DNA of 64,000 bases from Candidatus Endomicrobium labiotermitis (GTDB lineage: Bacteria > Elusimicrobiota > Endomicrobiia > Endomicrobiales > Endomicrobiaceae). Made by a program: the position numbers and the translations under genes. Shown piece after piece: positions 60,035-64,000 of the stretch (position 1 is the first letter of the stretch; each line of letters opens with the position of its first letter). The notes below the pieces were generated by a model that ran no database searches, was not told where the DNA came from, and saw only the letters and a list, made by a program, of their open reading frames with translations. Location of the stretch: the NCBI GenBank assembly GCA_009778965.1, contig WRFE01000003.1, positions 2,585-66,584 of the forward strand, read 5' to 3'.

Positions 60035-60290
60035 CATTTTAAAAATCAGCTAATAAATAGTAGTCAAAAATAAATAAATTTTAAGAATTTTTGCTGATCT
60101 TGCCTTTGAAGTTGTTGTTTATAGTTATAGAATAATCTAGATCTCCGCTATATTTACTTGGAAGGCAATTTAGGAAATAAAGCCGGTAAAATACAATTCA
60201 ATATCAGGGTCATTTCAGCAGTAAATCTGTTTTTTAATTACAGCCAATAAAAGCCCAATCTAAAATTCAAAAAAATTTTGCAAATATCAG

Positions 60291-60319
60291 TTGACAAAAT
60301 TTACCTTTCTGTATACAAT
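60291..60319 (+). promoter_or_regulatory. sigma70 promoter TTGACA-17-TACAAT; predicted +1 coincides with ATG 60326 (leaderless)
   Basis: -35 at 60291-60296, -10 at 60314-60319, 6 nt to the ATG, no RBS. Confidence 0.78.
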
Positions 60320-60325
60320 ATCAAT

Positions 60326-60820
60326 ATGTTCAAAAAGACAATAGCTTTAATTTTTGCCCTGACAATAGTTTTGGGTAACGTTTCTTTTGCCGCTGTGGAA
60401 ATCAGAAGCATGAATTTTTCCGCAAAAGATAACGTTGCTGTATCTTTTAATTCTAATGTATTGTTTGTTCAGGATTACGGCAAAATCCTTTCAAATATAT
60501 GCGATTCTTTGCAAAATGCCTTGCCGATGGCGGTGTTGTCTGCGGATTCATTTAAATTCATGTTTTTTGATAAAAGCAATGCGGAGCATTTTATAATCGG
60601 AGGTGTTACTAAATTTTTTATTAAATTTAGCGCCTTTTTCGTATCGCCTGAAAATATTTATATCGGAAGTATAGTTCTTCAGCAAGCTTTGTTTATGCTT
60701 TTTATGATTATTTCTTTTATGCTAAGTTATTTAGGTTTGTTGCGCCTGTTCAGCGCTGCGTCAAAAATTAATTTTTCAAAAATAAAATATAATGTAAAAA
60801 ATCCCGGTTTTGCGTATTAA
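60326..60820 (+). CDS. Leader membrane protein (signal peptide plus C-terminal TM helix), 164 aa
   Basis: MFKKTIALIFALTIVLGNVSFA...; hydrophobic ALFMLFMIISFMLSYLGLL; stop codon lies in the terminator loop. Confidence 0.7.
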   Translation: MFKKTIALIFALTIVLGNVSFAAVEIRSMNFSAKDNVAVSFNSNVLFVQDYGKILSNICDSLQNALPMAVLSADSFKFMFFDKSNAEHFIIGGVTKFFIKFSAFFVSPENIYIGSIVLQQALFMLFMIISFMLSYLGLLRLFSAASKINFSKIKYNVKNPGFAY

Positions 60821-60836
60821 CGCAAGCCGGGTTTTT
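60803..60836 (+). terminator. Intrinsic terminator-like hairpin overlapping the leader ORF stop
   Basis: cccggttttgcgt-atta-acgcaagccggg followed by ttttt; TAA at 60818-60820. Confidence 0.8.
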
Positions 60837-60856
60837 ACTATCTTAAGAGGAAACCT

Positions 60857-63800
60857 ATGACCTTCAAAAAACTGTGTTCGATTTTTACCGCGGCATGTTT
60901 CATGTTTTCTTTAGGCGGACAAGCTTTTGCCTCAGTGCCGGCAGGAATGCCTGTTGAGAAAATTAATATAGAGAACACTGTTCTCTTTTCCGATAAATTT
61001 GGCGCGGTAACCCAGAACCAAAACTACGGAAGCCCGCAGGTAATCATAAATATTCAAGATTTGCACAGCCATCCGCAGGTACAGAAAAATATAGCGTCAA
61101 TTCTTGAAAATTTGGATAACAAATATAAAATAAAAGCAGTTTATCTTGAAGGCGGCAGCGGAAAAGTTGATGTTTCATGGCTTGAAAAGGTTTCGGCTTC
61201 AAATAATGCTTTGATAGACCAAATGATAAAAGACGGATCTTTAACAGGTGTTGAATTATTCGCGGTTACGAATAATAAAAATAATATTTACGGACTTGAA
61301 AATACGGCAGTCCACCGCAAAAATCTGGAAAGGCTTGGAATGATTTATGATAACGAATCAAAATATACGCAGAAACTAAACAGAATTGAAAATGAAGTTA
61401 ATTATCTGTATAAAAAATACTCGGGCAAAGAAAATAAAAAATTCTCAAATGTTGTCGCAAAGTATCGCAGCGGAAAAATTGATGCGGTTAAGTATTATGA
61501 AGAAATGATTAAGGCAGCAGAAAGAATCAATGCCAATCCTGGCAAATACGATAATATTTTTTCGATAAATTTAGCGGATTTTTATGAAATACAAAGAGTT
61601 GCCGCGATAGACAGATTGTCAAAACAACTTGATACCAAAAGACTGAATGCCGAACTGCAAAAATATTTATCCGAACTTCAAGGAAGAATAAGTTATTCCG
61701 AATATAGAAACCTTCTTGAAAATACCGATAACTTACAGGATATCGGCATGGCAGTTAAGTACATAAGAGCTTACGGCGTTGACGGCAAAAGGATGCCTCA
61801 GCTTAAAGCGTTTGTTTATATAAAAGAATTGAGCTCGGATATTAATCCGGTTGAGCTTTACGGACAGGAGCAGCTGCTTCGCGAAAAAATAATGTCGGCT
61901 TTTTCAGCTTCAAAGCTGGAAAGCGAAACTGTGTTTTTAAAAGATTTTTATATGTATTTTTCAAACTATATGAAAAATAATCTTACGGCTGCCGACGAAG
62001 AATATTTTAACGGAAGATTTGAGCTTTTTTCAAACATTTATGGTAAATACGCGGCGGTAAATATTATTAAGGAAATGGAAAGTGAGTTTCCTGTTTTAAA
62101 TTCGTACTATGCCGCTAACAATAAAAGAAATGAAATTTTTATTGAAAATATAGAAAAAAATACAAAGCTTGTTTCCGGGCTTACAAAATCAGGAAAATCT
62201 CCGAACGAAATGTTGGAAAATGCGAAAGAAATTATAGTTGTTGTTTCCGGCGGTTATCACAGCCGCGGGCTTAATGAAATTTTAGACGGCAAAAAAATAA
62301 GCCACATGACAATAACCCCCAGAATTTCCGGCGGAGTTGAAAGCGCTCTTGCCAATTACAGACAAATTATAACGGAGCAAAGCCGTTTTTTTAAAGAAGC
62401 TTTGGCTTTTGCGGTAGCTTCTCAAATGCCGGGATCGAAAAAATTTGAGCTTATTGTTAATACCGTAAACGATCTTCTTAATAAAGTGGAATTCAATGAT
62501 AAAAATATTGAAGATTTAAGATTTGAGCTTGAAAAAGTTTTGGGAGAAGCCATAAGAATCGAAAAGTCCGACTCTGACTCTAATAAAGTATATATAAAAT
62601 CCGCTTCAGGCTTTGAGGTTTTAATCAGTAATGAAAACAATGCTATGCAGGCAATCCCAGTGGCGCCTTCGTCGGATTTAAAATTAGGGACTAAAGAGTT
62701 TAAAGCGTTTATGGGAAAAGCCTTTAACTTGTCGTCGCTTGCAAACATAATAGATGATAATACTTATGATTTTTGGAAAAAGATTTTCTTCGCAACGACT
62801 TTTGACAATGATTATGCCGACGGATTTTATCCGGAAGTCGAAAGATTAATCATTGCTCATTCGTATGATAGACTAAATGAAATTGACGGTTTTCCTATAG
62901 AACAATTAGCCAGAACTCCCAAAGATTTTCAAATGAAAGTTGTAAGGAAACAATTGGACATAGATTCCGGAGCCGTATCTGCGGACAGAGCGTCATCTTC
63001 CAATTGGTCAGGGTTTAAGAGTGCTGCGGCAAGAACAATACTAGGATTAATGCTTTTTGTAAGTTTCTTGTCTATTACGTCTTGTAGTTTGTTTGATCCG
63101 GGAAATCCCCCCGGAATAGTTCAAACTATACCTGACTTCAGCAAACAAAGCATTAAAAGCGTTGAATCCGTAAACGTTAAAACAACAAATGGAATAAGAC
63201 AGCTTGTTGTCGAAAATCAAGATGGCAAAGAACTGGCGTTAACAGGTAAAATTGTTTGCGTGGGTCCTGAAGCATTTACTTATTACGGGCATGAAAGCGT
63301 GGTTAAAATGATGAATTTTGCCGGCGCTACTACAATGAGATTATACGAGCTTCCATATGGAGATGTCGGGAAAACGCTTGAATTGTTAAACTATTTCAAA
63401 GAACACGGAATAACCGTTATAATGGGTTTTTCCGTTGAGGATATGCGTCCAGGAGCCGTTGGAGAACGTTTTTTTGAGACAACTTATACTGATGAAAACG
63501 GAGAAACAAAAAAACTGGGAAATCATTCTCAAATTCTTTTTTATGAGGTTGGAAATGAAGTAAGGCTTGTTTTTGGCGAATGGGTTCTTCAAAAAAACAA
63601 AGGGGACAGATTTGACGGCGCCACGTTTACCGAAAGCGTATGGAATGATCTGTTCAAATCATTTTTATCAAAAGTAAAAAGTTCTACGGAAAGGCCGTTT
63701 GGAACGGTTTTCGCCGATGTTCCTGATGTTAAAACGGTAAATTTTTATAAAGACTATGTGAGTATTATGGGAGTAAACTGTTACAGAGGGCACGCAAATG

Positions 63801-64000
63801 ATCCTGGCAGCTGGAGTTTCATGGATGTAAACGGCAAGCATGCCGGAGAACAGCTTTTGGCAATAACAGATGACGATATATGGGTTTATTTTGCGGAGTT
63901 TGGCATAAGCGCCAGAACTACCGGCGCCAGAATGGGACAGTACGATTTTGAAATTGACGGAAAAAGAGAGCAGTCTGAAGTGGGATATAGGCTTTTTCAA
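60857..64000 (+). CDS. 5' part (>=1048 aa, runs off the window) of a very large exported protein: signal peptide, ChaN/EreA-like domain, internal TM helix, clan GH-A glycoside hydrolase domain
   Basis: Frame read by hand is open from ATG 60857 to 64000; RBS agagga; IQDLHSH..Q.NI, YLEGG, GGYHS; GATTMRLY, YEVGNE, MGVNCYRG, FAEFG. Confidence 0.9.
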   Translation, partial: MTFKKLCSIFTAACFMFSLGGQAFASVPAGMPVEKINIENTVLFSDKFGAVTQNQNYGSPQVIINIQDLHSHPQVQKNIASILENLDNKYKIKAVYLEGGSGKVDVSWLEKVSASNNALIDQMIKDGSLTGVELFAVTNNKNNIYGLENTAVHRKNLERLGMIYDNESKYTQKLNRIENEVNYLYKKYSGKENKKFSNVVAKYRSGKIDAVKYYEEMIKAAERINANPGKYDNIFSINLADFYEIQRVAAIDRLSKQLDTKRLNAELQKYLSELQGRISYSEYRNLLENTDNLQDIGMAVKYIRAYGVDGKRMPQLKAFVYIKELSSDINPVELYGQEQLLREKIMSAFSASKLESETVFLKDFYMYFSNYMKNNLTAADEEYFNGRFELFSNIYGKYAAVNIIKEMESEFPVLNSYYAANNKRNEIFIENIEKNTKLVSGLTKSGKSPNEMLENAKEIIVVVSGGYHSRGLNEILDGKKISHMTITPRISGGVESALANYRQIITEQSRFFKEALAFAVASQMPGSKKFELIVNTVNDLLNKVEFNDKNIEDLRFELEKVLGEAIRIEKSDSDSNKVYIKSASGFEVLISNENNAMQAIPVAPSSDLKLGTKEFKAFMGKAFNLSSLANIIDDNTYDFWKKIFFATTFDNDYADGFYPEVERLIIAHSYDRLNEIDGFPIEQLARTPKDFQMKVVRKQLDIDSGAVSADRASSSNWSGFKSAAARTILGLMLFVSFLSITSCSLFDPGNPPGIVQTIPDFSKQSIKSVESVNVKTTNGIRQLVVENQDGKELALTGKIVCVGPEAFTYYGHESVVKMMNFAGATTMRLYELPYGDVGKTLELLNYFKEHGITVIMGFSVEDMRPGAVGERFFETTYTDENGETKKLGNHSQILFYEVGNEVRLVFGEWVLQKNKGDRFDGATFTESVWNDLFKSFLSKVKSSTERPFGTVFADVPDVKTVNFYKDYVSIMGVNCYRGHANDPGSWSFMDVNGKHAGEQLLAITDDDIWVYFAEFGISARTTGARMGQYDFEIDGKREQSEVGYRLFQ

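Overview
Replication-origin region of an AT-rich bacterial chromosome. Taxon is inferred, not determined: probably Elusimicrobiota (Endomicrobium-like), from gene content and the giant-protein N-terminus. Core genes on the minus strand are gyrA, gyrB, dciA, dnaN, dnaA, rsmA, mnmE, jag, yidC, yidD, rnpA and rpmH. The plus strand carries iorAB-paaK-ACT and parAB with three parS sites. A predicted bipartite oriC flanks dnaA. Accessory content: Hachiman (hamAB) behind a Fic-MerR fusion; two Spy-like secreted paralogs bracketing a nonsense-mutated PD-(D/E)xK (CdiA-CT-like) nuclease gene, a candidate small RNA and rtcB; an ALDH / 7TM histidine kinase / two-receiver signalling locus; a complete type II-C CRISPR-Cas9 locus (15 repeats, tracrRNA identified); a second Fic gene flanked by 69-bp direct repeats between gyrB and gyrA; and a DUF262 protein. 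The window ends in an ORF missed by the ORF track (>1048 aa, open to the edge) with a clan GH-A glycoside hydrolase domain, placed 21 nt behind a terminator whose loop holds the stop codon of an apparently leaderless upstream ORF. Intergenic DNA is dense with palindromic repeat families, and copies lie in-frame inside rsmA and mnmE. Best candidates for undescribed systems: (1) nuclease toxin plus dedicated small RNA plus RtcB; (2) leader-ORF attenuation of a giant secreted enzyme; (3) REP-derived peptide segments in RsmA and MnmE; (4) the ALDH-7TM kinase circuit.
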